Shown one piece after another: positions 1 to 12,400 of a DNA stretch of 64,000 nucleotides. How positions within the stretch are numbered: position 1 is the stretch's first letter; the number at the start of each line of letters is the position of its first letter. The notes beneath the pieces were generated by a model, which was not told the DNA's origin, did not search any database, and saw only the letters and a program-made list of their open reading frames with translations. This DNA is from Octopus vulgaris (lineage: Eukaryota), in assembly GCA_951406725.2 (NCBI GenBank), contig OX597834.1:3596001-3660000 (forward strand), read 5' to 3'. The position numbers were made by a program, and so were the translations under genes.

Positions 1-44
1 TTATTTACATCAGACGGATATTTGTCCTCATTTTGTTTGATGTT

Positions 45-90
45 AATACAACGTTTCGGATGATATACCCTCCAGCCTTCATCAGGGGTC
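45..90 (-). ncRNA. Degenerate minimal type I hammerhead ribozyme motif in a short interspersed repeat
   Basis: Minus strand reads GACCC-CTGATGA-A-GGCTG(GAGGGTATAT)CATCC-GAAA-CG-TT-GTATT. The core is intact but stems I and II carry mismatches. Confidence 0.5.
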
Positions 91-139
91 TTGGGGAAAT
101 TTCGAACCTGGGTTCTCATTCTTAAGGTATTTTTTGAAG

Positions 140-216
<77 letters not shown>

Positions 217-217
217 G

Positions 218-770
218 AGTGAGAGAGCAGTGCATGCCATCAAAGTGACACTGGGGTAAAATATACGAAGCCCGGTATACCCATCATGACTACCCCGTCT
301 GATAAGGGTACATTAGGCACATGCATCACAACCATATGTGCTCGACGTGGTGATCTCATATCAAGTTAAACAGCGCATGACCTTGCAGGTGGGGCCCAGT
401 TAGAATTTTCTTCTGGTCAAGTAGCCCATCCCGCTCAAAAGGTCCCTGAATGAGGATTGTTTAAGGATGTTGAACGAACTACGCATGTTTCCAAAGGTGA
501 ATTATCCAAACCTCCAAGAATTCCTTTCAACATACGGCTATGATGCTCCCCCGTTACTTCTGTTCGTGGTCAGAGATGCACATATCGTCAGCCACTAAGG
601 GACACGCTCAACTGGTTAAGGTAAAACAACTGACAAGCAAATCTGTGGTATTGAGCAGAATATTTGCTGTAGCCCATCTTTTATACCAAGACAAAACAAT
701 GTACATGATAACACTTCCAATCAGTTAAGATCAGAAGCCACGAGAGCCACTGCCTGGTACTGCATCAGGG
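218..770. mobile_element. Short non-coding interspersed repeat embedded in (TAA)n
   Basis: Flanked by (TTA)n on both sides. Copies lie at about 23127-24077 (duplication) and, partial and diverged, at about 32278-32447. Confidence 0.6.
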
Positions 771-771
771 A

Positions 772-805
<34 letters not shown>

Positions 806-814
806 GTTGTTGTT

Positions 815-1800
815 GTTGTTCAAAGAAGCGCTGGCGTTTCTCGTACCGGCGGATCCTTTGTGCTTTGGCAAGCATATCTTGCTCCGCTTTTCTTTTATCT
901 CAGGTAAATAGTTGAACTTTTTGTTTTGTTCAAAGAAGCGCTGGCGTTTCTCGTACCGGCGGATCCTTTGTGCTTTGGCAAGGATATCTTGCTTCCGCTT
1001 TTCTTTTATCTCAGGTAAATAGTTGAACTTTTTGTTGTTGTTCAAAGAAGCGCTGGCGTTTCTCGTACCGGCGGATCCTTTGTGCTTTGGCAAGGATATC
1101 TTGCTTCCGCTTTTCTTTTATCTCAGGTAAATAGTTGAACTTTTTGTTTTGTTCAAAGAAGCGCTGGCGTTTCTCGTACCGGCGGATCCTTTGTGCTTTG
1201 GCAAGGATATCTTGCTTCCGCTTTTCTTTTATCTCAGGTAAATAGTTGAACTTTTTGTTTTGTTCAAAGAAGCGCTGGCGTTTCTCGTACCGGCGGATCC
1301 TTTGTGCTTTGTCAAGGATATCTTGCTTCAGCTTTTCTTTTATCTCAGGTAAATAGTTGAACTTTTTGTTTTGTTCAAAGAAGCGCTGACGTTTCTCGTA
1401 CCGGCGGATCCTTTGTGCTTTGGCAAGGATATCTTGCTTCAGCTTTTCTTTTATCTCAGGTAAATAGTTGAACTTTTTGTTTTGTTCAAAGAAGCGCTGG
1501 CGTTTCTCGTACCGGCGGATCCTTTGTGCTTTGGCAAGGATATCTTGCTTCCGCTTTTCTTTTATCTCAGGTAAATAGTTGAACTTTTTGTTTTGTTCAA
1601 AGAAGCGCTGGCGTTTCTCGTACCGGCGGATCCTTTGTGCTTTGGCAAGGATATCTTGCTTCCGCTTTTCTTTTATCTCAGGTAAATAGTTGAACTTTTT
1701 GTTTTGTTCAAAGAAGCGCTGGCGTTTCTCGTACCGGCGGATCCTTTGTGCTTTGTCAAGGATATCTTGCTTCCGCTTTTCTTTTATCTCAGTTAAATTC
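815..1800 (-). repeat. 111-bp tandem array (9 units) derived from an RLE-LINE coding segment
   Basis: The caaagaagcg anchor recurs at 821, 931, 1043, 1154, 1265, 1376, 1487, 1598 and 1709. The minus strand encodes EIKEKRKQDILAKAQRIRRYEKRQRFFEQNKKFNYLP. Confidence 0.9.
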
Positions 1801-1824
1801 AGCTTTTCTTTTTTCTCAGGTAAA

Positions 1825-1887
<63 letters not shown>

Positions 1888-1889
1888 CA

Positions 1890-2915
1890 TTCAGTAGTTT
1901 TATTTTTATAGCGTGCTTTCACTTCACTACCGAGCACAGCTCTGTGTGCCTTGGGTATGTGCTGTGATTTGTTGTGATGCTCTGATGGTTATTGTATGGA
2001 AAGTGTTCTGCGTAGGATGTGTGCAGTGCCTAGTAGTGCAATTTTCTGTATGTTATATGTGTTTGTAAGTCCTGGTGTTTTTGTTGTGTATTTGTCTGAA
2101 TATTTTTTTATCATGCCTAATGCACCTACTATGATAGGAATTGTTTCTGTTTTCAGATTCCACATTCTAGTTACCTCTATTTCCAGGTCTTTGTATTTTG
2201 AGAGTTTCTCCATTTCTTTTAGAGACACGTTGTCATCAGCCGGTATTGATACATCAATTAGAAAGCATTTTTTTCTTCATGATCTCTGACAACTATATCT
2301 GGTCTGTTGGCCTTAATTTCTCTATCTGTGTGTATCGGCATATCCCAGAGTATGGTTGCTTTCTCGTTTTCTGTGACCTTTTCTGGTGTGTGCCTATACC
2401 ATCTTTTTTCTGTTGTTATTCCATAATGTTGGCATAGCTTCCAATGTATGTAGGTTCCAACTCTGTCATGTCTGTGAATATATTCCTTCTTAGCCAGGAC
2501 TGGGCAGCTAGAGATAATATGATTTATTGTTTCTTGTCTATCTCCACATATTCTGCAGTTACTTGTAATATTTCTTTTCATTACATGTTTTTGGTAATTT
2601 CTGGTGGGGAGGCTTTGGTCTTGTGCTGCAATTAAAAATCCCTCTGTTTCTGCTTTGAGTCCTGAGCTTCTCAACCATTGCTGGGATTTTTCTTTGTCTA
2701 TTTCTTTTGCGTTTAGTTTAGTCCAGTATTTACCATGAAGGGGCTTTTCTTGCCATCGTTTTATCATGGTTCGTTGCTGTTCTATTTTTAGTTTGGATTT
2801 CATTTGTTTTATAGCTTTTGTTGTTTCTTCATCTTCTTCTTCTTCTTCGTGTTTATTAGGTGGTATGATTTCTTGTTTGTATTTGTCAGCTTCCTTAAAT
2901 ACTGAGAACAGTTTT
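1890..2915 (-). mobile_element. 5'-truncated R4/Dong-like non-LTR retrotransposon (zinc knuckle plus restriction-like endonuclease), one frameshift
   Basis: Motifs CRICG..ETINHIISSC, RHD, RPDIVV, KYKDL and IIVGALG. (TAA)n on both sides. Frame split near 2270. Confidence 0.88.
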
Positions 2916-2932
2916 ATTATTATTATTATTAA

Positions 2933-2983
<51 letters not shown>

Positions 2984-3139
2984 TACTATTACTATTACTA
3001 TTATTATTATTATTATTATTAATAATATTTTCCGATTGATTTGCATAATAATAAATGCAAATCAATCTTCTGACCGGGTACCAACCAGAGACCTAAGGTA
3101 CATTTATATTAGATGGAGAGAAACTTTTTGAGAATGTAG

Positions 3140-4421
3140 GCGTTTGATGTCAACAACAGATTTTGAGTCTTATTGAGTGTTGGTTTCCCAAGGATCTGGT
3201 CAAAAAATTTGTGTCTTTTTTTATCATTCCTAGGGCACCTACAACAACAGGGATGGTTTTGGTTTTTAACTGCCACGACCTAGATATCTCAATCTCAAGG
3301 TCCTTATATTTCGACAGTTTTTCAAATTCCTTTGTTGAAATGTTTCTATCAGTAGGCAGGTATGTTTTTTTTTTCTTTTTCGCCTTTGATGACGATGTCT
3401 GGTCCGTTAGCATTTATTTGCCTGTCTGTATGTATCCCATAATCCCATAGGATGGTAATAGTCTCTCCCTCAGTGGATGGCCCTGGATGGTGTTCATACC
3501 AGTTCTTAGGGTGCAGAATATCATAGCGACGGCACATGTTTCAGTGCAAGTATTGGCAAACTCGATCATGCCTGGTTTTATATTCTGTAGGGGCAAGGAC
3601 TGTGCAGCCACCATCAATGGGGTCAACACTCTCAAGTTTGTCATTGTAGAGTCTACACTTTGTGTCTACATCATTGTGTGTGACATTTGCTTAATAGTTC
3701 CGGGTAAGGAGATTCTGATCTTGTGCCCCTAGGATAAACCCTTCTGTTGCGGCTTTGAAACCAACTCTCTGCAGCTACTGAAGGGTTCTTCTTATATCCC
3801 CATCAGCTTCCCCAGCTCGTTTAGAGTATTGCCCATGCGATGGATTTTCTTGCCACAGTCTTGATATTTCCTTCAAGCTTTCTTGTTTGGCTTTTGCTTT
3901 ACACTTTTTTGTTGTCTTAGTAGGTGGTATGTTCTCATTGTCATCATCATAAACAAGCCTCCTTTACATGCACCCTTTGGGATTGAGTGCAGTTTCTTAC
4001 ACTGTTCGTGTTGCTTTACCAGCTGTATCTTCCAGTTGGTGTTACTTCGGATGTACACTTGGAGTCCTATCGCGGTCGTTTTATACGACATTTCAAGCTG
4101 GATTAGGCCCCTGCTGCCTTCCTTCCGTGGGAGATAGAGCCTGTCGACGTCTGATTTTGGGTGATGCATCCTGTTTAGTGTCAGTAGTTTCCTGGCCTTT
4201 ATGTCCATACGCTTGAAGATCAGTCGGATTCCAATTAATGACATTAAGGCTATACTGGATATCTGTATATATAGCTTATATCTGCAATTCTATTCTGAGA
4301 GTTCAGCACAGTATTCAGGACCATTCTGACACGTCTATAATACTCTTTCCTTGTCTTTGATTGCTCCATGTTGAATCCCTTTTCCTTTCTGTATCCCAAT
4401 ATACTTATAAAAGCCTTTTTG
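3140..4421 (-). mobile_element. Older degenerate R4/Dong-like LINE fragment
   Basis: Fragmented ORFs contain HPKSDVDRLYLPRKEGSRGL, TILWD, PDIVI, KYKDLEIEI and VVVGALG. Confidence 0.85.
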
Positions 4422-4879
4422 TCGAAATATTCTAGAGACCAATCACCTGTTGTCCGTAATGGAATTGATCAAAGTCCAGCCATCTCTACAATTGGTCAGT
4501 TATATTTAAACCAAGGACATATTAAGACCGTTACAGGGGTAGCCGTAAATAAAGACGAAAATGAACCAGTAAATAAAAAGGTATCGGGGAGAAGACTATG
4601 TTATAAGTGGCCCGAGGCCGCTTATGCCCCTCTACACCATCTCAACATAACATAAAATAGAAATAAAGTAAGTACTAGCAATCAATACGGCCAAAAACTT
4701 TTTAACAGTTAAGGGGAGACTACTGATAGGGAGCTGAATACTAATAGAAATTACCTTCGAAAAATATAATGCTAAACCTGACATCTTAAATAGCCAGCAT
4801 ACTTCCAAGTGGTGATTACAAGGTGTAAATGTCTACACGTTACTGAGTGCATTCTGCCACTTAGACAACCACTTGAAGG

Positions 4880-5045
4880 TTTATCTTACTCCAGCCCACT
4901 CAGTTGGCCAAAATGAATTGTAGCTGTAATTCAAAGGCACCAGCCTTGTCATATTCTGTGTGAGGTTGAATCTCCCTGAGAACTACATTAATGATATGCA
5001 TGTCTGTGGATTACTCAGCCATTTGCGAGTTAATTTTATCCTCGT
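4880..5045 (+). mobile_element. Degenerate SINE fragment (same family as 42924-43176)
   Basis: Resembles the reverse complement of 43000-43150 (ctccagcccactcagttggc...ccagccttgtca...tgtctgtgga..ctcagcca). Confidence 0.55.
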
Positions 5046-5317
5046 ATGGTAATGAAAAGTGAAAGTGTCATCCTATATTTCATGTGTCTATGTATCTATG
5101 TACCAACTTTTCTTTCGATCTATGTATCTACTGTCTCTCTCACTTTCTCTCTTTCTCTTTCACTTCCTCTGTGTCCCTCCTCTCTCCCGTTTTTAATTAA
5201 ACAACGTGTGCATGTATCTGTGTGTCAAATTTTCTTTCAATCTATTTATCTACTTTTCTTGCGATGTAATAAACATTTAGAAACACAAAACGAACGCCAT
5301 CACCACTCACTGTTTCT

Positions 5318-5353
<36 letters not shown>

Positions 5354-5452
5354 ATCTTTCACTCGCATTCTCTCTTTCTTTCTCACTCTCTCTTTCTCTC
5401 TTACTTCCTCTCTGTCCTCTCCCTCGCTTTGCCACTGACTTCTTCCTTTGAA

Positions 5453-5611
5453 GTAAGTGTGACACACACCACAGATGCGTACAAAAAGAACAAGTTGGCG
5501 TATTAATATTATTAATAAATGTAACTATGTCTAATATAAATGTGTAAGCGTTTGTAAAGTATTTCATTGTTTTAGGTAAATTTTAAAATAAAATATTTTA
5601 ACCTTTTTCAG
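5453..5611 (+). other. Probable short intron immediately upstream of the DUF229 gene 1 ATG
   Basis: GAA|GTAAGT donor at 5453 and pyrimidine-tract acceptor (acctttttcAG) ending at 5611, five nt before the ATG. A (CT)n tract lies upstream. Confidence 0.5.
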
Positions 5612-5616
5612 GTTTC

Positions 5617-7581
5617 ATGAGGAAAAAAGTTAAAGAAATGAATAAAAAAGCAATAATTCCTATTCTGTGTTTGGGTACCACAATTTCCATATTTATTATA
5701 CAGAGTTTCAACCTGAATAAGGAAAACATGCAATTGATAGAAATGGAAATTAACAAAGGATTCTTGGTTGATTCGAAAATGTGCAGGATACCAAATATTG
5801 ATCCATTCGACATTTCCGTGCGTAAATATTTCTCGATAAGTAAATGGCGACCCTGTCCAGGTAAAGCTTCTTTGACGTACCAAGAGGATAATGTTTTGAG
5901 AATTAATAAAGCTGTTATCATACAAAGGTATAAAAACAATTTCCATTCATGCAAAGTATATCCAATAGTAAGGAATGATACTGACGATGATCATGTCGAC
6001 TACATGAAGGAATCTTTACTGTTTAAATCAGATGTGAATATAACTGATGAATTTATTAGAGTTCAATGTTTTAATAGAAACAATAAAACAATTTACACAA
6101 ATTTCCACGCCTTTGTCCAGATGAAAGAATTACGGCCTAAGGATACGAACCCATATAATACTGGTTACGATGGCATATACTCTTCAAAAGATTCTATGAA
6201 AAACATTGATTTTTCAAACTTTGCAGAAAACAAGCTTTCACTGAATGTTCTTTTAATTGGAATTGATTCAGTTTCGCGATTGAATTTCATACGACAGATG
6301 CCGTTAACTCGTCAGTTTCTATTAAGTCATGGCGCTATTGAAATGTTAGGTTACAACAAAGTGGGTGATAATACATTTCCCAATATGATACCATTTCTTA
6401 CTGGGAAATACCTAGAAGAACTACCTGAATCAAAGAAACTGGAACGGGAGCCATTTGATAAATACGATATAATTTGGAAACATTATAATAAATCCGGGTA
6501 CGTTACTATGTTTGCAGAAGATTCAACATCTGGAGCAATGTTTAACTACTTGAAGTACGGTTTTAAGAAACAGCCGACTGACCATTATTTGAGACCATTT
6601 GCACTAGCAAGAGAGAAAGCAAAGTCTCTTTGGTCAAATAATAATTTTTGCTTTGGTAATCGAATGGAACCAGCTATAGTTCTACAATACACACATGATT
6701 TTCTCAGAGTCTACAAGGATAAGCCATATTTCACTTTTACATTTATCACACGTATTTCACATGATGACATGAATATGGCTGGTCGTGGAGATTTTGAATA
6801 TCTGAGGTTCCTTAAGAAATCCTTTAATCAAAACCTTCTAAACAATACTATTTTGTTTTTCTTTTCTGATCATGGAATTAGATTTGGCTTATTTCGTAAG
6901 ACTTATGTTGGTCGACTAGAAGAACGACTGCCTGCTATGTACATCCTTCCACCTGACTGGTTCAGAGACAAATTTCCGACATTATGGAATAATCTCAAAG
7001 TAAACACTCACCGATTGACAACACCATTCGATATCTATGAAACCCTACAAGATATTTTGGATATCGAAAAAACAGCAGAACGTTCTAAATCTAATGAAAT
7101 TGACTACAAAAATCTCAAACGAATCAGCCTGTTCAGAGAGATACCTTTAAATCGTTCTTGTGAAGCAGCACATATTAAACCACACTGGTGTACATGTCAC
7201 CTCTTTAATCCAGTTGCTCTTAATGATAGCATTGTAATTAACGTAACTAATTACCTCGTGAATTATATAAACAACATGACATCAAATTCTAGTAAAGTGT
7301 GTGCCAGGTTAAAATTACAGGAAATCAAAAATGCTGAAATTTCAGTGATGAATGACCAGGTACTTTCCTATTTAGGCAAAGGAGTTCAGACTTATAAGGA
7401 TTACCGAATTATTATGCAAACACTTCCCGATGAAGGTTTATTTGAAGGAACAGTAAGATATTACAGTGACAATGAGCAGTTTTCATTGTTGGGGGAAATT
7501 AGTCGAATAAATCGCTATGGACATCAATCTGAGTGTGTTCATGACTTTATCCTCAGGAAATATTGCTACTGTAACAAATAG
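5617..7581 (+). CDS. DUF229-family protein, paralog 1 (alkaline phosphatase/sulfatase superfamily, predicted type II membrane protein)
   Basis: Uninterrupted 654-aa ORF with an N-terminal hydrophobic anchor. Motifs LIGIDSVSRLNF, GYNKVGDNTFPN, KQPTDHYLRPF, SHDD, FSDHG, GRLEERLP, LTTPFDIY and terminal YCYC. Confidence 0.93.
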   Translation: MRKKVKEMNKKAIIPILCLGTTISIFIIQSFNLNKENMQLIEMEINKGFLVDSKMCRIPNIDPFDISVRKYFSISKWRPCPGKASLTYQEDNVLRINKAVIIQRYKNNFHSCKVYPIVRNDTDDDHVDYMKESLLFKSDVNITDEFIRVQCFNRNNKTIYTNFHAFVQMKELRPKDTNPYNTGYDGIYSSKDSMKNIDFSNFAENKLSLNVLLIGIDSVSRLNFIRQMPLTRQFLLSHGAIEMLGYNKVGDNTFPNMIPFLTGKYLEELPESKKLEREPFDKYDIIWKHYNKSGYVTMFAEDSTSGAMFNYLKYGFKKQPTDHYLRPFALAREKAKSLWSNNNFCFGNRMEPAIVLQYTHDFLRVYKDKPYFTFTFITRISHDDMNMAGRGDFEYLRFLKKSFNQNLLNNTILFFFSDHGIRFGLFRKTYVGRLEERLPAMYILPPDWFRDKFPTLWNNLKVNTHRLTTPFDIYETLQDILDIEKTAERSKSNEIDYKNLKRISLFREIPLNRSCEAAHIKPHWCTCHLFNPVALNDSIVINVTNYLVNYINNMTSNSSKVCARLKLQEIKNAEISVMNDQVLSYLGKGVQTYKDYRIIMQTLPDEGLFEGTVRYYSDNEQFSLLGEISRINRYGHQSECVHDFILRKYCYCNK

Positions 7582-8966
7582 CATTCTTTAGTCCTGTTTT
7601 CGCAATGTCTAATTATATTAGAACACATCAAACTACTTAAGCTGTTTTTTGTATTTGATGGTCTCTGTATTTACAATACCTAACATGTTTGATGCGAAAC
7701 TGTTTACATTTTATTGTGGAAACCGTCGAATGTATTAGAAGTTGATGCAACATTGCACAAGAATTATAGGATTTCGTAAATGTGTATTTTTTTATATTAA
7801 CATCGCAGCTGAAATCGCTGTATCGCAGACGCATCGAATACTATTACGTTAAAGGTTGGACACAAGCAGTCATGTGTGAGTTGTCTACGATAGATCATCC
7901 AATCGAGAGACAGCAAAACGTTTCTCTTTCCCTCTCTCCGTGCGTGCATATTTTGTATATGTGCTCAAGCACGTGGTTTGTGTGTCTGTTTAAAGCTGAA
8001 AAATAAATATTCACTAAATGTTTCTAAACTTTAGTTTATTTGTAATTAGTTGATTAGTCCCTTCGTCAAAATTCGGAGTCTCACGTAAGTATACATATGT
8101 ACACTTTTTTCACATCATTTCCCACAATATTTCCATAACTGAAGCAGAGTACTGAGTGCATTTTTTTTCTTTTGTATAATAAAAATGTTATTCTCACCCT
8201 ACTCTTATTAATCTCTGTCTATGAAGCAAGAATAATGAGTTTAATATAGAGAAACATCGGTACCTTTTCTCTTTGAAGAACAATCAAATTGCATTCCAGA
8301 AACTTTATAACATTCTTTTGTCAGTTTGTAGTAGAAAACTGAGCAGACAACCTCGTTATCTCCAAACCTTCCATCACTATTAAAGATCAAAAGGCATTTC
8401 CCGGCACAGTTTCAACTGCAGGTTAATAAACCGGATGCAAATAGCTTTAAATTCAGATTATTGCAAAGCACCCTTGCTTTTTAGTGATTTCATAGTATAA
8501 AAACTAACCTTTCTGCCCATTCACCCAATGAATGAATTTTTAAAAATCTATTTTCCATCAAATCCCTTCTCCTTGGACATCAGGACATGATTTGATACGA
8601 TACATAGAAAATAATGCACACACACAAATGCGTGCGCACTCACACACATAATTACAAATTAAAAGCAGCTCTGGTAATGTCTACATTGCCGTTTGCTCAT
8701 ATATAATAGTGTATGTATTTTGTTTATATGCTGAGGGGTAGCGTCTGGGGAACATTCCTTATACGATGCCGAAGGTTAAAGGACGCCGAGTGTCCCAGAC
8801 CAGGCAAGGCAACTCGCTCCGAAAGGATCGAGAATGGAAGATACGGGTATTTCACCAATTTTGTGGCTTATCATTGCAATGTAGTCAGATCACCTCAGAA
8901 CGAAACGATTGCTTGTATGTTATTATTGAGTGAAGTTTATTTGCTGATGTACTGCGGCGTAGCACA

Positions 8967-9498
8967 TCTATATATATAAAACTGTAGTTGTGTGAGTGTC
9001 TGGCCCCTTCGATTTAGATTCCTAACTACTCCCACATTTTGCGGTGCAGTTTAACCAAATTCGGGTATCTTATAGTCGTGATTCATATCGAGCCCGTCTG
9101 GCTATTAGCGCGCGTCTACGATGAGTCTACGATTTTAAAAATAATTTAACATCATTTTTTATTCCATTTTAATGCACATTTTTTCGTGTGTCGATGGCGG
9201 CGGAGTTGGCGTCCACGCTCACGCCTGCACCTGTTTGCTTCTCCCCCTTCTTCCCTCCCTCGTGAAGCTGTGGGGAAGGGAGTGTAAGGAAATCAACGTC
9301 GTAATGCGTTGTCAAGGAGACCAGCGTTCTTTTAGAACAACGACTTCATGGCTTGAAGACACTGAGTCAACGATTTAAAAAAAAAATTATCATAATTTTT
9401 TATTCCATTTTTAATGCATTTTTTTGTTATAACTCTCTAAAAATGCTTATATAGTTATTTCCCTTACAAACCCGAGCAACGCCGGGCGATACTGCTAG
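8967..9498 (+). mobile_element. Non-autonomous Helitron, family A
   Basis: 5' TC, subterminal hairpin CCCGAGCAACGCCGGG, 3' CTAG, inserted between A and T. Four copies in the window. Confidence 0.88.
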
Positions 9499-9959
9499 TA
9501 TGAAATAAAATTAAATTACGCACGTAAAACAATATCGGTTGCACATGTGTTTTGTTTAAACGGCCATTTGCTGCGGGATAGCATCCTGGCAAAGCTCCCT
9601 ATACGACGCTGTTAAAGAACATCGAGTGTCCCAGACCAGGCGAGACAACCCGTCCCGAAGTGATCGACAATGGTATATATTGACATTTCGCCATTATCGA
9701 GGCTCCTCAATGTGTTTGGATCTCCTCGAAACGAAAGGAATCGCTGGTCTGGGACATGTTATATAACTGTTCAGCATTTGGTAGATCGAGGCAAATTTCT
9801 ACTGCGTCACCTGCTATGCCTCCGTGTTGCTGGGGGGGGGGGGTGCAGCATTGTGTGTTCTTTCTGATGTTGGGAGTGTGTGGACTCTTCTCGGTGCTGT
9901 GTTGTGTTAGTCTTTCCCCCTTGAGGTGTGGTGCCGTCTTTTGTTCTATTCTGTGTTGA

Positions 9960-10700
9960 GTGTGTAATGCTCTGGTTTTTCTAGCCTGCTGGTGGATTTT
10001 ATTTCACTGGACACACGCTGTATAGAGTGTGTCTTGTAGGTTGTTTTGTTTAGGTTGTATTATTGGATTGCTAGTGTCTTGCGTAGGATGTGGGCTGTTC
10101 CTTGCAGTGCTATTTTTTAGACAGTGTGTAGTGTTGAAGATCCAGGTATAGCTTCTACATTTTTGTTAATTTGATTCTTTATCATGCCCAATGCTCCAAT
10201 TATTATTGGCATTGGTTTTACCCTCTTGCCACACATTTTAATACTTCAATTTTGTGGTCTTTCTACTTCGACAATTTCTCCACTTTTTTGACAATATTTT
10301 GGTGATTAGGGACTGCAATGTCTATCAGTAAGTAGATGTTTTTTCCCCTAATCCTTGACAATTATGTCTGGGCGATTAGCTTTTATTTATTTGTCGGTTT
10401 GAACCGGCAAATCACAGATGATCTTTGTCTTGTACCTTGCTTGGCATATGTTTATACCACCTGCTGTCAGTTTTGATGTTGTAATGTGGGCATATTATCC
10501 AGTGGATATAATTGCTTGCTTTACCGTGTCTGTATACATATTCAGATTTGGTAAGGACTGGACAGCCCGAGATAATGTGGTCAACTGTCTCATTGTGCTG
10601 GCTGCACATTCTGCATTTGATGTTGTGACTTGTTTTCATTATTTTGGTTTTATAATTGTGTGTAATCAGGCATTACAAACATTACAAAAATCCAGAGATC
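9960..10700 (-). mobile_element. Degenerate R4/Dong-like LINE 3' fragment
   Basis: CRMCSQHNETVDHIISGCPVL, YRH and NRPDI-like coding, followed by a degenerate C-terminus. Confidence 0.8.
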
Positions 10701-11918
10701 ATTCTCAAATAATTTTCAGTTCCTTTACTGATCATTTCAAGTGTTCCTACAATCACTGGTATTGTAACCGTCTTGAGATGTGTGGTCTTATTAAATGTTG
10801 TTTAGCTTTGACTTTTGTCTTGTACTCGAGATAATAATAAATATGTGAGGGTTGGAGTTAAAACTATTCCTGCCTCAGGGCTTGCAAATTCCAAGTTCAT
10901 ATCATACGAATAAAAATAAGAAAATGTCGTATTGTGCAATGAAGAAAGAAGTCATTTTGTGCAATGTTGTTTCGGGGGGAGTTGAGTGACAAATAAAATG
11001 GGACGAATTTTCATTATGGGCGACGGACACAAGCTTGTCTCCACATGAATCTTAGTCTCTCAAGCGTAAACCATTGGAAAATAGATAAGAGTGGCTTGTG
11101 TAAATGTGGGAATTTTTGAGTGACGAGCACGTACTCACCAACTACTCTACCCCCTCAGCTTGGAGTACAGATAGACATGTCGATGAAATAAAGTCCTTAG
11201 TTTGATACATCAGAGTAAAGGCTACAAACAATATATAATGCAAAATAAAAAAAAAACGAACTATGAATTTTGCAAGAAAGGCAAACTGTTAGAAGACCAA
11301 TCTAAAATGGGATGGTACGTGTGTGGTATTGCTGACTATGACATTAAATATCGCTGACCATATTTTACCATGAAAAGAGCTGACCTCGTATGAGGTACAC
11401 GGAGAGGAAGGCGGAATAAAGATGGCAGAGCTGACAATTACCTGAGAGGTGAAAACCAGTGGCGAGTTTGATTTGGGACGAGGGAAGGTACATCAAGCTG
11501 GCAAAATACTGGATGAAAAACAACATGCTCTCCTGTGGGAGTGAATGTTAGAAAATTTGTTAGAACCAGGGCTCAGTCGATGCGGAGAAGCTTTGTAAAG
11601 CGCCAAAAGAAAGAAACAAACTTTCAATGAAACTGTCAGCAACCGCAGAGAAAGCAAATCATTGTATATGGCTCATGAGATAAGATTTAATGTATTTAGT
11701 ACAGCGAGGAACTTCTGATCTGTAACAGCTGGCTTTAAGGTTGACAGTGACATATGGCTGAAAGTCATGACGTCTGACTGTGTAAAAAGTATCGTCACCT
11801 TTATTTATGGGTGATCCTGAGTAGTTTTGATGAAATCTCTACATCCGCATTCTTCGGAGACGAAATACAATACAAATACGATTGATACGGAAGACGGAGT
11901 GTAACTAGAAGCTATATT

Positions 11919-12024
11919 GGCACAACAATCGTTTCGGCTTCATTCTGCAGTGCTCCCTCGTAGGTGTGCGACGATGTAATGACATTAGATGCAACGCACA
12001 GTGAAGTAAACCTCATCAGGTGAC
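11919..12024 (-). ncRNA. Type I hammerhead ribozyme motif with long stem II
   Basis: Minus strand reads GTCAC-CTGATGA-GGTTT...AAGCC-GAAA-C(GATT)G-TT-GTGCC. Confidence 0.6.
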
Positions 12025-12400
12025 GTAACATGCTTCAAAAGTTAACAGATTTACATTTTCTTTTCGCTCCAAGTTATATGCTGGTGGTGAGTTGCTCGCA
12101 GTTCAGATACATTTCGGTTAAGTGAGGAAGATGTAGTCAGGAAGAAACTAGAAAAATAAATCACAAGAATCTAATGTAAATAGGGATGAGGGGGTGTTTA
12201 TAGTTGTGGTCAAGAAGTGGTTGTTAAAAAATAGAAGAAAAAATAATAAAAATAAAATACACAGAATTGAAGGTAAACGGAGGTGTGTATGAAGGAGGGT
12301 GTTTATGGCATTGGATCGAACAGCTTTAGCGTGTGGAGGCAGTCAAGCGCGATGGCGTGGTCGAGAATTTGGTGGGTGTGTGATTCTAGTCTTATATGAA

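Larger units (their letters stand above)
1..4421. repeat. Segmental duplication, copy 1 (paralog at about 22928-27614)
   Basis: Near-identical sequence and the same ORF series recur about 23 kb downstream. Similarity stops after aagcctttttg at 4421/27614. Confidence 0.95.

Noticed and set aside
815-1800. Possible CRISPR-like array
   Set aside because: The units are contiguous and nearly identical with no unique spacers, in a eukaryotic context. The same applies to 44379-45520.
5598-5954. Antisense ORFs overlapping the DUF229 genes (also 46910-47095 and 47706-47915)
   Set aside because: Short shadow frames with no recognisable motifs.
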